Origin: a bacterium
Lineage (GTDB): Bacteria > Armatimonadota > Zipacnadia > Zipacnadales > UBA11051
DNA: 64,000 bases
Assembly: GCA_030604405.1 (NCBI GenBank)
Contig: JAUVVY010000006.1
Location: 14,589 to 78,588 of the forward strand
Direction: 5' to 3'
Shown: positions 45,803 to 54,097 of the stretch, one piece after another
Layout of the letters: each line of letters opens with the position of its first letter
How positions within the stretch are numbered: position 1 is the stretch's first letter
Translations under genes and position numbers: made by a program
Notes under the pieces: generated by a model
The model's database searches: none
The model's input: the letters and a program-made list of their open reading frames with translations, nothing else
Told to the model about the DNA's origin: nothing

Positions 45803-47374
45803 ATGCAAAGGGTCGCAATCTATGACACAACATTGCGCGACGGCTGTCAGGCTGAGGGCGTTGCCTTCAGCGTAGAAGACAAGCTGCGGATAGCGCGGAG
45901 GCTGGATCAGATCGGCGTAGCCTACATCGAGGGCGGCTGGCCCAATGAGACCAACCCCCGCGACCGGGAGTTTTTCCAGCGCGCCGCCGACATCGAATGG
46001 CAGACGGCAAGGATCGCTGCCTTCGGAAGCACTCGCCGAGCCAATATTGCCCCTGAAGACGATCAGCAACTCCAGGAGCTTATCGCTTCCAGGGCCCCGG
46101 TGATAACCATCGTTGGCAAGAGCTGGGACTTTCACGCCACCGATGTCCTGCGCGTGAGCCTGGATGAGAACCTGCGGATGATCGAGGACACCATCGCCTA
46201 TCTGAAGGATCAGTGCGAGGAAGTCATATTCGATGCAGAGCATTTCTTTGACGGCTACAGGGCGGACGCTGAGTATGCGATGGAATGTCTGCGTGCTGCC
46301 GATAGAGCCGGGGCCGATGCCTTGGTCTTGTGCGATACTAACGGCGGAGCGCTGCCTGATGCAATCCGACAGATCGTGGCGACGGTGAAGGTCGAGTTCG
46401 ACACGCTGCTGGGGATTCATTGCCATAGCGATGCCGGCGTGGCAGTTGCCAACAGTATTGCTGCGGTGCAGGCCGGCTGCAGCCAGGTGCAGGGCACCAT
46501 CAACGGTTATGGCGAGCGCGCCGGCAACACCAACCTCTGTGTCATCATCCCTAACCTGGAACTGAAGCTGGGCATGCGGTGTCTGCCCGAGGGCAATCTG
46601 GCTCAACTGACCGAACTGGCTCACTTTACAAGTGAGATCGCCAACCTGCCACCGGACAACCGCCAGCCTTATGTGGGAACGTCTGCTTTTGCGCACAAGG
46701 GCGGGATGCACGCCAACGCGGTCTTGAAGAATCCGACTTCGTTTGAACACGTCGAGCCAGAGACAATTGGCAACGATCGCCGCATCCTGGTTTCCGACTC
46801 CTCGGGAAGCTCCACGATAGTCCACAAGCTGCGGGAGATTTGGCCCGACCTCCAGCGCGATGATCCGCTGGTGCGCCAGGTGCTTGACCGCATCAAGCAT
46901 CTCGAAAAGGACGGATACGAGTTTGAGGCTGCCGAGGCCTCATTCGAACTGCTGGCAAAGCGGCTCAAGGAAGGCCTGAGCCCGCCGTTCAATTTGCACG
47001 GCTACCGTGTTACCATCTACAAGGCCGATGAGAACAGCGAACCGTACTGCGAAGCTACCGTCAAGGTCGGGGTGGGAGACAAAGATGTACACACCGCCGG
47101 CGAAGGCACCGGGCCGGTCAATGCTCTGGATAACGCGCTGCGCAAGGCTCTGACAGAGCTCTTCCCGAAGCTCACAGACTTCAGCCTCACCGACTATAAG
47201 GTGCGTGTTCTGCGGGCCGATGAGGGCACTGCGGCGGCAGTCAGAGTGCTCATAGAGACCTCCAACGGCGAAAAGAGCTGGGGCACCGTTGGCGTGCATG
47301 AGAACATCATCGAGGCAAGCTGGCAAGCTATCATCGACTCGCTGATTTACGGTCTGCTCAACAGCGGCGATTGA
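45803..47374 (+). CDS. cimA: Citramalate synthase (LeuA-related CimA clade)
   Basis: YDTTLRDG.Q.EG, IEGGWP, GKSWDFH, FDAEHFFDGY, CDTNGG, HCHSDAG, SAFAHKGGMH, C-terminal allosteric domain; AGGAGG RBS. Confidence 0.88.
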   Translation: MQRVAIYDTTLRDGCQAEGVAFSVEDKLRIARRLDQIGVAYIEGGWPNETNPRDREFFQRAADIEWQTARIAAFGSTRRANIAPEDDQQLQELIASRAPVITIVGKSWDFHATDVLRVSLDENLRMIEDTIAYLKDQCEEVIFDAEHFFDGYRADAEYAMECLRAADRAGADALVLCDTNGGALPDAIRQIVATVKVEFDTLLGIHCHSDAGVAVANSIAAVQAGCSQVQGTINGYGERAGNTNLCVIIPNLELKLGMRCLPEGNLAQLTELAHFTSEIANLPPDNRQPYVGTSAFAHKGGMHANAVLKNPTSFEHVEPETIGNDRRILVSDSSGSSTIVHKLREIWPDLQRDDPLVRQVLDRIKHLEKDGYEFEAAEASFELLAKRLKEGLSPPFNLHGYRVTIYKADENSEPYCEATVKVGVGDKDVHTAGEGTGPVNALDNALRKALTELFPKLTDFSLTDYKVRVLRADEGTAAAVRVLIETSNGEKSWGTVGVHENIIEASWQAIIDSLIYGLLNSGD

Positions 47375-47416
47375 CCGCCGTCGCTCATGCGGCCGGTCAA
47401 TGCGGGGCGAGGAACC

Positions 47417-48148
47417 ATGAAATGGACGCGGTATTGTGCCGGCTGCGGCTATGCGATGTCGCACCTGGACGAAGTATGTCCACGCTGCGGACTGGCGGAA
47501 GATGCCGAGCCAGCCGAGGCTAAGCACGTCGAGCCTGCCGCCTCACAGCCACCCGAATACGAAGGCGACGAAGCGAAGCCAGAGACGGTGGTACAACAGC
47601 CTCGCAGCATCACTCCGCTGATAATCGGGGCAGTATTATTGCTAGTAATCATAGGGGCTGGAGCGCTTTGCTATATGCTGGCGCGAGACGGAGTGGACCC
47701 TCAGCCCGCTGCGCAGCTTGGCCCCGGAGCCCTGACCGGGGCCCTGCCCCATCGCTCAAGCGACAGGGCGCTGCCACCCGGGCGGTCGCTGCCGGCTTCC
47801 GGTTCGGAGATGGCACTGCCCCTGCCTTCAGGAATTGGGACGCTCTTCGAGGCTCAGCCCAGCCCCCAGGTGACGCCCACCGTCGTCATGGCGAACCGCT
47901 CAGACGAGACTATATATGTAACTTTCCGTGGCCCAGCAGCAGTCGCCAAGACCATGCCGCCGCATGGCACCATCGAATTTCAACTCCCACGGGGCACCTA
48001 TTCGCTTGCCATGTGGTCTTACAGCGTCCCGCAGCAGCAGGGAACTGCGGTCTTTAGAGAGCGCACCCGCTACACCAGCCAATGGTACATCATCCAGGTG
48101 GCCCCGTGGGAAGCCGGGGAGCCGATACGCATGGGCGATATTGAATAG
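47417..48148 (+). CDS. Zinc-ribbon bitopic membrane protein
   Basis: CAGC...CPRC at the N-terminus, Pro/Glu linker, one TM, C-terminal beta-sandwich-like domain. Confidence 0.75.
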   Translation: MKWTRYCAGCGYAMSHLDEVCPRCGLAEDAEPAEAKHVEPAASQPPEYEGDEAKPETVVQQPRSITPLIIGAVLLLVIIGAGALCYMLARDGVDPQPAAQLGPGALTGALPHRSSDRALPPGRSLPASGSEMALPLPSGIGTLFEAQPSPQVTPTVVMANRSDETIYVTFRGPAAVAKTMPPHGTIEFQLPRGTYSLAMWSYSVPQQQGTAVFRERTRYTSQWYIIQVAPWEAGEPIRMGDIE

Positions 48149-48181
48149 ATTACAAGCGCTATCTATCAGGGAAGGCAAGCA

Positions 48182-48985
48182 ATGGGCGAAGAATTCGACA
48201 GTCAGCAAGCCTTGGAGCTAACGCGCGAACTGGTCAGCCAAACGGGTCGGCTTGCGAAGGACAGCTTCGGCCTGGCCGAGGCGCAAATGAAGGCCGATGG
48301 CAGCCTGGTCACCAAGGCCGACCGGATGATAGAGCAGATCATCCGCGAGCGCCTGCAGCGCCACTATCCCGACCACGCCGTCTATGGCGAGGAGGACGGC
48401 CTGACCGGCCCGCAGGACTCCCCATTCTTGTGGCTGATTGACCCCATTGATGGCACCAACAATTTTGTCCGCGGTGTCCCGCTGTGGGGCGTCTCGCTCG
48501 GTCTTTTCTATGAAGGCATGCCCTGCCTGGGCGTCTTCGGGATGCCTTGCATTGAGCAGACTTTCTGGGCCGCAGAGGGAATGGGTGCGTACTGTAACGA
48601 CCACCCGATTTCGGTTTCCCGAGGTGGCGAACTGGCGCACAATGACCTGCTTATCACCTCCGCGCCCAACATAGGCTGCTGGGACTACTGCGGCCCGGTG
48701 AAATATCGCAACGTCGGTTGCGCTGCGTATGGGATGGCCCTGGTTGCCTCGGGAAGCGCGATAGGCTTCATCAACGGCCACTGGCATTTGTGGGACGCGG
48801 GGGCGACATTGTCTCTGCTCAAAGAGGCCGGCGCACTTGTGACCGACGTGAGAGGCAAATCCCTTTACGACATAAGCGGCTGTGACTATGCGGCGCTGTG
48901 TCCGTGCATGATCGCCGCCTCGCCGGAGTATCATAACCTGTTGATGGAGCATGTAAGGCCAACTGGGCAAAGCCCATCTTTCTAA
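48182..48985 (+). CDS. Inositol monophosphatase family (SuhB/HisN-like)
   Basis: VTKAD, GEE, WLIDPIDGTNNF, WDAGA. Confidence 0.92.
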   Translation: MGEEFDSQQALELTRELVSQTGRLAKDSFGLAEAQMKADGSLVTKADRMIEQIIRERLQRHYPDHAVYGEEDGLTGPQDSPFLWLIDPIDGTNNFVRGVPLWGVSLGLFYEGMPCLGVFGMPCIEQTFWAAEGMGAYCNDHPISVSRGGELAHNDLLITSAPNIGCWDYCGPVKYRNVGCAAYGMALVASGSAIGFINGHWHLWDAGATLSLLKEAGALVTDVRGKSLYDISGCDYAALCPCMIAASPEYHNLLMEHVRPTGQSPSF

Positions 48986-49047
48986 GGGGCTCTCCTCCCA
49001 CAAGCACAGGGACATTGTAAGCAAGAAGGGCGCATCTTCTTCTAGCT

Positions 49048-50019
49048 ATGGACTACGAGGAACTCGCACAAGACATCCTGAGCAAGGCGACAGGGCGTGA
49101 AACCCTGGTGCCGATTGTGGCCAGTGTAGGCCTCTTCGTCGTCATGGGCTTTTTCTCGCTGCGCGCGCTCAAGCGGTTGCCCGACTTCGAGCACAAAGCA
49201 GAGATGGTGTGGGGGGCCAAGTGGTACTGGGCTGTGTGGTTGGCCATGTGCGCAGTAGTTTACGGTACGTTGTACTATGGCCTGACGGCGACACCTTACT
49301 TGCTCACTACTCTAATCACGACACCGGTTCTGTTGTCCCTGCTGTGTTGGTTGTCCATACGCTACCTGGACCACCAGAGCACCGGTGCTCTCTTTTGCAT
49401 GAACGTGTTCAGCGCGCGACTGCGCGGAAAGAAGTTTGACCTTGGCGAGTGGCAGGAACGCCAGCGTAAACTGGCCAGCAAGCAACGCATCATCCGAGCT
49501 ATTGTCCACGCCCTCCACATCGTGATCGGAGTATTCTATCTGTACATCGTGCTTGCAGTGAGCTATCCGGCGGACCGTTGGTCGGCCGAAATGCGACGCG
49601 TTGAGACACTCGGTGAGCATATCAAGGTGCAACTGCACTCCGAACGCATAGACGAATTTGACGCCGTTCCGGCCATCCCCGATTTCGAGCATTTCCTCTC
49701 CACAGGCGGCGTGCAGCAGGCCTGGCTATCATTGAGAGATATAGTACACCTGGCGCCCAAGGTGCCCGGGCCGCCTGACCGAGATCTCGACTACTACCAC
49801 ATCTTCATCAAGGCAACACCCGGGACTGGCCAAGCCGAGGCAGAGGAACTCTTGGCCCGCACACAGCAGGCACTAATCGCCGCAGGCGAGGACCACTACT
49901 GGAGGATCATCATCTCCAGCCGCGACAAGGCTGTGTCGGTGCGGGGCGTGTGGCCCGAAGGAGCCTCCGTAGGTCAGGAGGGGGGAAATTGGGGACAGTC
50001 ACCTATTCCAGAGGAATAG
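49048..50019 (+). CDS. Three-TM membrane protein with a C-terminal soluble domain
   Basis: Hydrophobic segments; no motif recognised. Confidence 0.7.
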   Translation: MDYEELAQDILSKATGRETLVPIVASVGLFVVMGFFSLRALKRLPDFEHKAEMVWGAKWYWAVWLAMCAVVYGTLYYGLTATPYLLTTLITTPVLLSLLCWLSIRYLDHQSTGALFCMNVFSARLRGKKFDLGEWQERQRKLASKQRIIRAIVHALHIVIGVFYLYIVLAVSYPADRWSAEMRRVETLGEHIKVQLHSERIDEFDAVPAIPDFEHFLSTGGVQQAWLSLRDIVHLAPKVPGPPDRDLDYYHIFIKATPGTGQAEAEELLARTQQALIAAGEDHYWRIIISSRDKAVSVRGVWPEGASVGQEGGNWGQSPIPEE

Positions 50020-50067
50020 AAGTGGGACTTGGAGAAGTGGGAATGAATGGGTGACTGTCCCCAATTT
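49986..50067. repeat. 23-bp inverted repeat (REP/REPIN-like doublet)
   Basis: aaattggggacagtcacctattc (49986-50008) and gaatgggtgactgtccccaattt (50045-50067): one mismatch, 36-nt spacer. Confidence 0.8.
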
Positions 50068-50083
50068 AAGGGAGAGATCAACA

Positions 50084-51553
50084 ATGCCTCCGAAGATACA
50101 AGCCGGCCCTGGAGCTACCTGCCTCGGACTGGTCAAGCATCCGGCCATCGGCATTCGCATTCCAGAGCTTTTTCTCCCCGGTATTCTGGCCGCCTACAAG
50201 CAACGCAATGTGGCCGGCGACCTGATGCTGTCGTTCGGGCGCGAGACCGCGCCGGAAAAGGTGATCAGGGCCAAGCCGGGCGTTTGGGAGATAACCCGCG
50301 GCCATACCGGTACGTCCATCAAGAAATATATGACCCTCGGCGCACGCGAGGCGAAAAAAGCCGGCGTCACCGTGGAGATCGAGGCCGACCATCTCATTGT
50401 GATCGGCTCATCCACGGCGGCTGTGCAGCGCATCGCCGGCTACCACGCTGAGTCGCATATCAGCCCGCAGGAATTAAAGAAGTCGCTTGAGTACAATAAG
50501 ATGGCTGTTGACGAGGCAGTGGCGACCGGCGTGGTCGGCTGCTTCACTACGGACACCTCGGACCTCTTCTGGCTGGAGGCCGATAGGCTCAGCGCCGACC
50601 GAGTGCGGCGCGTATTCGCCGAGCGGTTCAAACCCGAGGCCGCCAAGAAGCTGCTGAGACGCTACCGCAGAAAGCGGAAGTTCCGCGCCCCGGGCGGCAA
50701 AAGCGTCAGCGTGACCATCAGCCCGCTGCAAGCCATGCGGATGGCGCTGAAGTTCCAGGAAAGTCTCAAGATTAACGCCCGGATTTGCCGCTACTGCAAG
50801 AAAAAGCTGGGCCGCAAACCCTTCAGCTTCGAGATCTCCCTGGATGAGACGGCCGATATGACCAGCCCCAGGGAGACGCTGTTCTACCTGACCGAGTGGA
50901 AGGCGATGGGGCTGCCGTGCCACTACTTCGCCCCCAACATAGGCTTCGAGAAGCGCGCCGACTACACGGGCGATATGGCAGAACTCGAGAAACGCACGCG
51001 CCAGCACCATGCCATCGCCCAGCGTGTGTCGGGTGCTCTGCTGTCCATTCACTCCGGCTCCGGGACCACACCTTACAGCGGCAAGGGCAAGAATACCTAT
51101 GAGGCGATTTTAGCTGCTACGAGAGGTCAGGTGAAGTACAAGATCAGCGGGGTGTACTATGAGCTGCTGCTGGAGCTTCTGGCCGCTCTGCCGCCACGCA
51201 GCGAGGGCCACAGACTGTACAATCAAATATTCGATGGTGTGCTTAAACTCGTGAAGGCCGAGGTCAGGCAAGGCAGGCCGCTCGCTCAACCGCTGCTAAT
51301 CCAACAACTCAACAAGTACCATAGCCAGGTCGCCAGAAACCCAAAAAAGAAGCGCGATCCCCGCGCTGATTTCTTCCGCTTTAACTCGTACCTGGCCCTC
51401 AACATGCGCGATGAGAAAGGCAAACGCTACTTCCGGGATGCCCTGGTCCAGTATGTGAAGAGCGATAAGGCGTTCCGTACTGAATTCGACGAACAGGTCC
51501 AGGCACTCACACTGCGGCTGATTGACGGCATGGACTTCACGGATAACCTGTAA
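50084..51553 (+). CDS. uxaE: UxaE-family (tagaturonate/fructuronate) epimerase-like protein
   Basis: EIEADH, FEISLDET, APNIGFEKRADY, LSIHSGS, KYKISG match the UxaE catalytic pattern; RBS before ATG 50084. Confidence 0.72.
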   Translation: MPPKIQAGPGATCLGLVKHPAIGIRIPELFLPGILAAYKQRNVAGDLMLSFGRETAPEKVIRAKPGVWEITRGHTGTSIKKYMTLGAREAKKAGVTVEIEADHLIVIGSSTAAVQRIAGYHAESHISPQELKKSLEYNKMAVDEAVATGVVGCFTTDTSDLFWLEADRLSADRVRRVFAERFKPEAAKKLLRRYRRKRKFRAPGGKSVSVTISPLQAMRMALKFQESLKINARICRYCKKKLGRKPFSFEISLDETADMTSPRETLFYLTEWKAMGLPCHYFAPNIGFEKRADYTGDMAELEKRTRQHHAIAQRVSGALLSIHSGSGTTPYSGKGKNTYEAILAATRGQVKYKISGVYYELLLELLAALPPRSEGHRLYNQIFDGVLKLVKAEVRQGRPLAQPLLIQQLNKYHSQVARNPKKKRDPRADFFRFNSYLALNMRDEKGKRYFRDALVQYVKSDKAFRTEFDEQVQALTLRLIDGMDFTDNL

Positions 51554-51555
51554 GA

Positions 51556-51579
51556 GAAAAAGGCTCCGTTTCCTTTTTC
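51556..51579. terminator. Short palindrome/bidirectional terminator between convergent genes
   Basis: gaaaaagg-ctccgttt-cctttttc. Confidence 0.5.
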
Positions 51580-52813
51580 ACTTCTTGCGCTCGTAGGGCT
51601 GAAGCTTGCTGTCCACGAAGTGCTTCTGGAAGACCGGGTAATTGGGCAGCCCCTCGGGCAACTCCACGGCCGCGCCCGAGATCAGCGGCATGGCATATTC
51701 GATGAACTCATCGGTGACGCCGTTTTGCTCCTCGTTGATCCAGTCCTCCGGTACTTCCTTAGTAACGTCGGCCACGCTCATCAGCGAAGTCGTCTCGGTC
51801 TCGAATTCAAAGGGATCGTTATTGAGCCGCTGGATGGTGATCATGATGTCGGTTTCGCCTGCGACGGCGCGGTTGACTGCATCCTGACCTACGGCGTAGG
51901 CCTCGTCATTATCCACCTTTGACATGCACGGGCTGAATGCGCGGTGCAGGTTGCCGAGCTTATCGAAGCGGCAGCGCACACCGACGGTCTCCTCGACCAT
52001 TTCTGCCAAGGCCTCTGCGACGCCGCCGAATCGGGCATGGCCGAACTCGTCGAGCTTTTCCGAGGTGGTAGCGACTTCACTCTTGCCAAACTTGAAGCCC
52101 TCCGACACGGCCACCACCAGATAGCCGTACTCGGCATATATGTCCTGACAATCAGCCAGGAACTTGTCGGGGTCAACGGTGACTTCCGGCAGATAGACCA
52201 GGTGCGGGCCCATCCAGTCCTCGCGCCGTCCGCACTGCGCCGCGCCGGTCAGCCAGCCGGCGTCGCGGCCCATGACCTCCACCACCTCGGCGTTGCCGAA
52301 GGCCATGGCATCGCGAGCCGCGCACTGCACGGCCCATGCCGCATAGCGACCGGCGCTGCCAAAACCAGGGCAGTTGTCGGTGATCGCCAGGTCGTTGTCA
52401 ATGGTCTTGGGGATGCCGATTACCTGCATATCCCAGTCGCTGCCCTTGGCCAGCTCGGAGATCAGGTGGCACACAAGCTGCGAGTCGTTGCCGCCGTTGT
52501 AGAAGAAGTAGCGGATATCGTGCGCCTTGAAGACCTCCATGCACCTGTTGAGGTCCTCCTCGGTGGCCTTGAGCCGACAAGTGCCGAGCGCGGCAGACGG
52601 TGTGTAGCGCATCTGCCGAATTAACTCATCGTCTTCGCGGAACAGGTCAATCATCTGCTCGTTGAGCACACCGGTCAGGCCGTGGACAGCGCCAAAGAAC
52701 TCGTCAATTTCCGGATGCTTTTCGGCAGCCTCGATCGCTCCGACCAGGGATGCGTTGATGACGATGGTGGGGCCGCCGGACTGCCCGATTAGCGCATTGC
52801 CTTGCAGCGACAT
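51578..52813 (-). CDS. 6-phosphofructokinase, probably PPi-dependent
   Basis: GQSGGPT, NGGNDS (Asp at the PPi-specificity position), PKTIDND (Lys), EVMGRDAGWL. Confidence 0.9.
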   Translation of the reverse strand: MSLQGNALIGQSGGPTIVINASLVGAIEAAEKHPEIDEFFGAVHGLTGVLNEQMIDLFREDDELIRQMRYTPSAALGTCRLKATEEDLNRCMEVFKAHDIRYFFYNGGNDSQLVCHLISELAKGSDWDMQVIGIPKTIDNDLAITDNCPGFGSAGRYAAWAVQCAARDAMAFGNAEVVEVMGRDAGWLTGAAQCGRREDWMGPHLVYLPEVTVDPDKFLADCQDIYAEYGYLVVAVSEGFKFGKSEVATTSEKLDEFGHARFGGVAEALAEMVEETVGVRCRFDKLGNLHRAFSPCMSKVDNDEAYAVGQDAVNRAVAGETDIMITIQRLNNDPFEFETETTSLMSVADVTKEVPEDWINEEQNGVTDEFIEYAMPLISGAAVELPEGLPNYPVFQKHFVDSKLQPYERKK

Positions 52814-52876
52814 GTAGTGTCAGCCTCCCGTGCGGATACGAAGTTCTTCTGCGTGCATTCGACTCTATAGCGGGCG

Positions 52877-52905
52877 AGTATAGCACAGTCAGCGCCGCGC
52901 TGCAA
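52877..52905 (-). promoter_or_regulatory. Promoter TTGCAG-17-TATACT with extended TG, for the PFK gene
   Basis: -35 at 52900-52905, -10 at 52877-52882. Confidence 0.7.
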
Positions 52906-52960
52906 AACCCGCCTCAGCCGAAAACAAACGCTTCGACACGCAGACGGGCAGGGAACGCGA

Positions 52961-52990
52961 CAGGGCCGCAGCACATTGGCTGTGGCCCTG
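52961..52990 (-). terminator. Hairpin downstream of the tRNA operon
   Basis: cagggccgcagc-acattg-gctgtggccctg, 12 bp with one mismatch, about 8 nt past tRNA-Cys. Confidence 0.5.
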
Positions 52991-52997
52991 AGAATTA

Positions 52998-53073
52998 TGG
53001 AGGCGGCAACCGGACTCGAACCGGTGAATAGCGGTTTTGCAGACCGCTGCCTTAGCCTCTTGGCTATGCCGCC
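52998..53073 (-). tRNA. tRNA-Cys(GCA)
   Basis: Cloverleaf; anticodon arm gcggt-ctGCAaa-accgc; encoded CCA; U73. Confidence 0.96.
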
Positions 53074-53083
53074 GGAAAAGACA

Positions 53084-53159
<76 letters not shown>

Positions 53160-53205
53160 TCTAGCAACTGAAACAGCTATTTCCCACACCTAATGCCTAT
53201 CTTCT

Positions 53206-53281
53206 TGGAGCGGGAAACGGGGATCGAACCCGCGACCCTCAGCTTGGGAAGCTGATGCTCTACCGACTGAGCTATTCCCGC
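53206..53281 (-). tRNA. tRNA-Gly(CCC)
   Basis: GCGGGAATAGCTCAG...ttCCCaa...TTCGA...CCCGCTCCA. Confidence 0.97.
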
Positions 53282-53284
53282 TTG

Positions 53285-53360
53285 TGGTGGGCGGTAGAGG
53301 ACTCGAACCTCTGACATCTTCTGCGTGAGAGAAGCGCTCTTCCGACTGAGCTAACCGCCC
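53285..53360 (-). tRNA. tRNA-Val(CAC)
   Basis: GGGCGGTTAGCTCAG; anticodon arm cttct-ctCACgc-agaag; CCA end. Confidence 0.96.
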
Positions 53361-53376
53361 GTGATGCTGTCAAGAT

Positions 53377-53464
53377 TGGTGCCGAGGGCGGGATTCGAAC
53401 CCGCACAACCTAGTAGGTCACTAGCCCCTCAAGCTAGCGTGTCTGCCAATTCCACCACCTCGGC
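53377..53464 (-). tRNA. tRNA-Leu(GAG)
   Basis: GCCGAGGTGGTGGAATTGGCAGACAC; ctagc-ttGAGgg-gctag; long variable arm; CCA end. Confidence 0.96.
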
Positions 53465-53475
53465 GCACGCCAATA

Positions 53476-53504
53476 ATTATACTAATCGCCCCGCCGCTTG
53501 TCAA
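53476..53504 (-). promoter_or_regulatory. Consensus sigma70 promoter TTGACA-17-TATAAT of the tRNA operon
   Basis: -35 at 53499-53504, -10 at 53476-53481, about 12 nt before tRNA-Leu. Confidence 0.92.
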
Positions 53505-53531
53505 ACCCATGCCTGGCAATGCTATACCACG

Positions 53532-53951
53532 TTAAGTGTCGAATACCACCTGGGTGCGCAAGCCGCTGGACGTCTGCTCGATCTCAAGATTATGATACGT
53601 CACGGCCTTTATCAGTCCGCTCACGTGCGGCTCAGCCGCGGCCATTTCTACCACGCCAATGTTGAGGCTCACATGTGCCTCATCCTGTGACAGCAGCCGC
53701 ACCGTAACTGGCATCAGGCCTTCATCTTCCGTCAGATACAGAATCTCAGAAAGCGCGTCATGCAGCAGCACCTCAGGGCCCTCAGCGTTTACGGCGATGT
53801 GAACTTCGCGTACGGGGCTGAGCTGCCCAGGCTCCACCAGCAGTTCGATGAGTCCGCGGGCGGCCTGAAGAATAAGCTCCCCGAGGTCCGGAGCCCACAC
53901 CTCGATGGCCTTGTCAGCGGTGTGGTCAATTGTACGGTAGCCTGCTTCCAC
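53532..53951 (-). CDS. Archease
   Basis: YRTIDHTADKAIEVWA...IKAVTYHNLEI...VVFD, the two signature archease motifs; GTG start at 53951. Confidence 0.93.
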   Translation of the reverse strand: MEAGYRTIDHTADKAIEVWAPDLGELILQAARGLIELLVEPGQLSPVREVHIAVNAEGPEVLLHDALSEILYLTEDEGLMPVTVRLLSQDEAHVSLNIGVVEMAAAEPHVSGLIKAVTYHNLEIEQTSSGLRTQVVFDT

Positions 53952-53958
53952 GACAACG

Positions 53959-53988
53959 AGTATAGACCTCTGCTCAGGCAGATGTAAA
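53959..53988 (-). promoter_or_regulatory. Promoter TTTACA-18-TATACT, predicting a leaderless archease mRNA
   Basis: -10 at 53959-53964 ends 7 nt before the GTG; no SD between them. Confidence 0.55.
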
Positions 53989-54097
53989 GAAGCTGTTTGC
54001 GGAAGTCGGCTAAAAGGTATTGTCAGCACAATATGGAAATCAAACGCGTACGGCAAAGCGTCCTCAAAGCATGATCGCGTGACTGGAGTGAGACGCC

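Noticed and set aside
45764-46900. 378-aa minus-strand ORF
   Set aside because: Antisense shadow of cimA.
51909-51917. TTATCCACC, a near DnaA box
   Set aside because: Single, mismatched and inside the PFK coding sequence.
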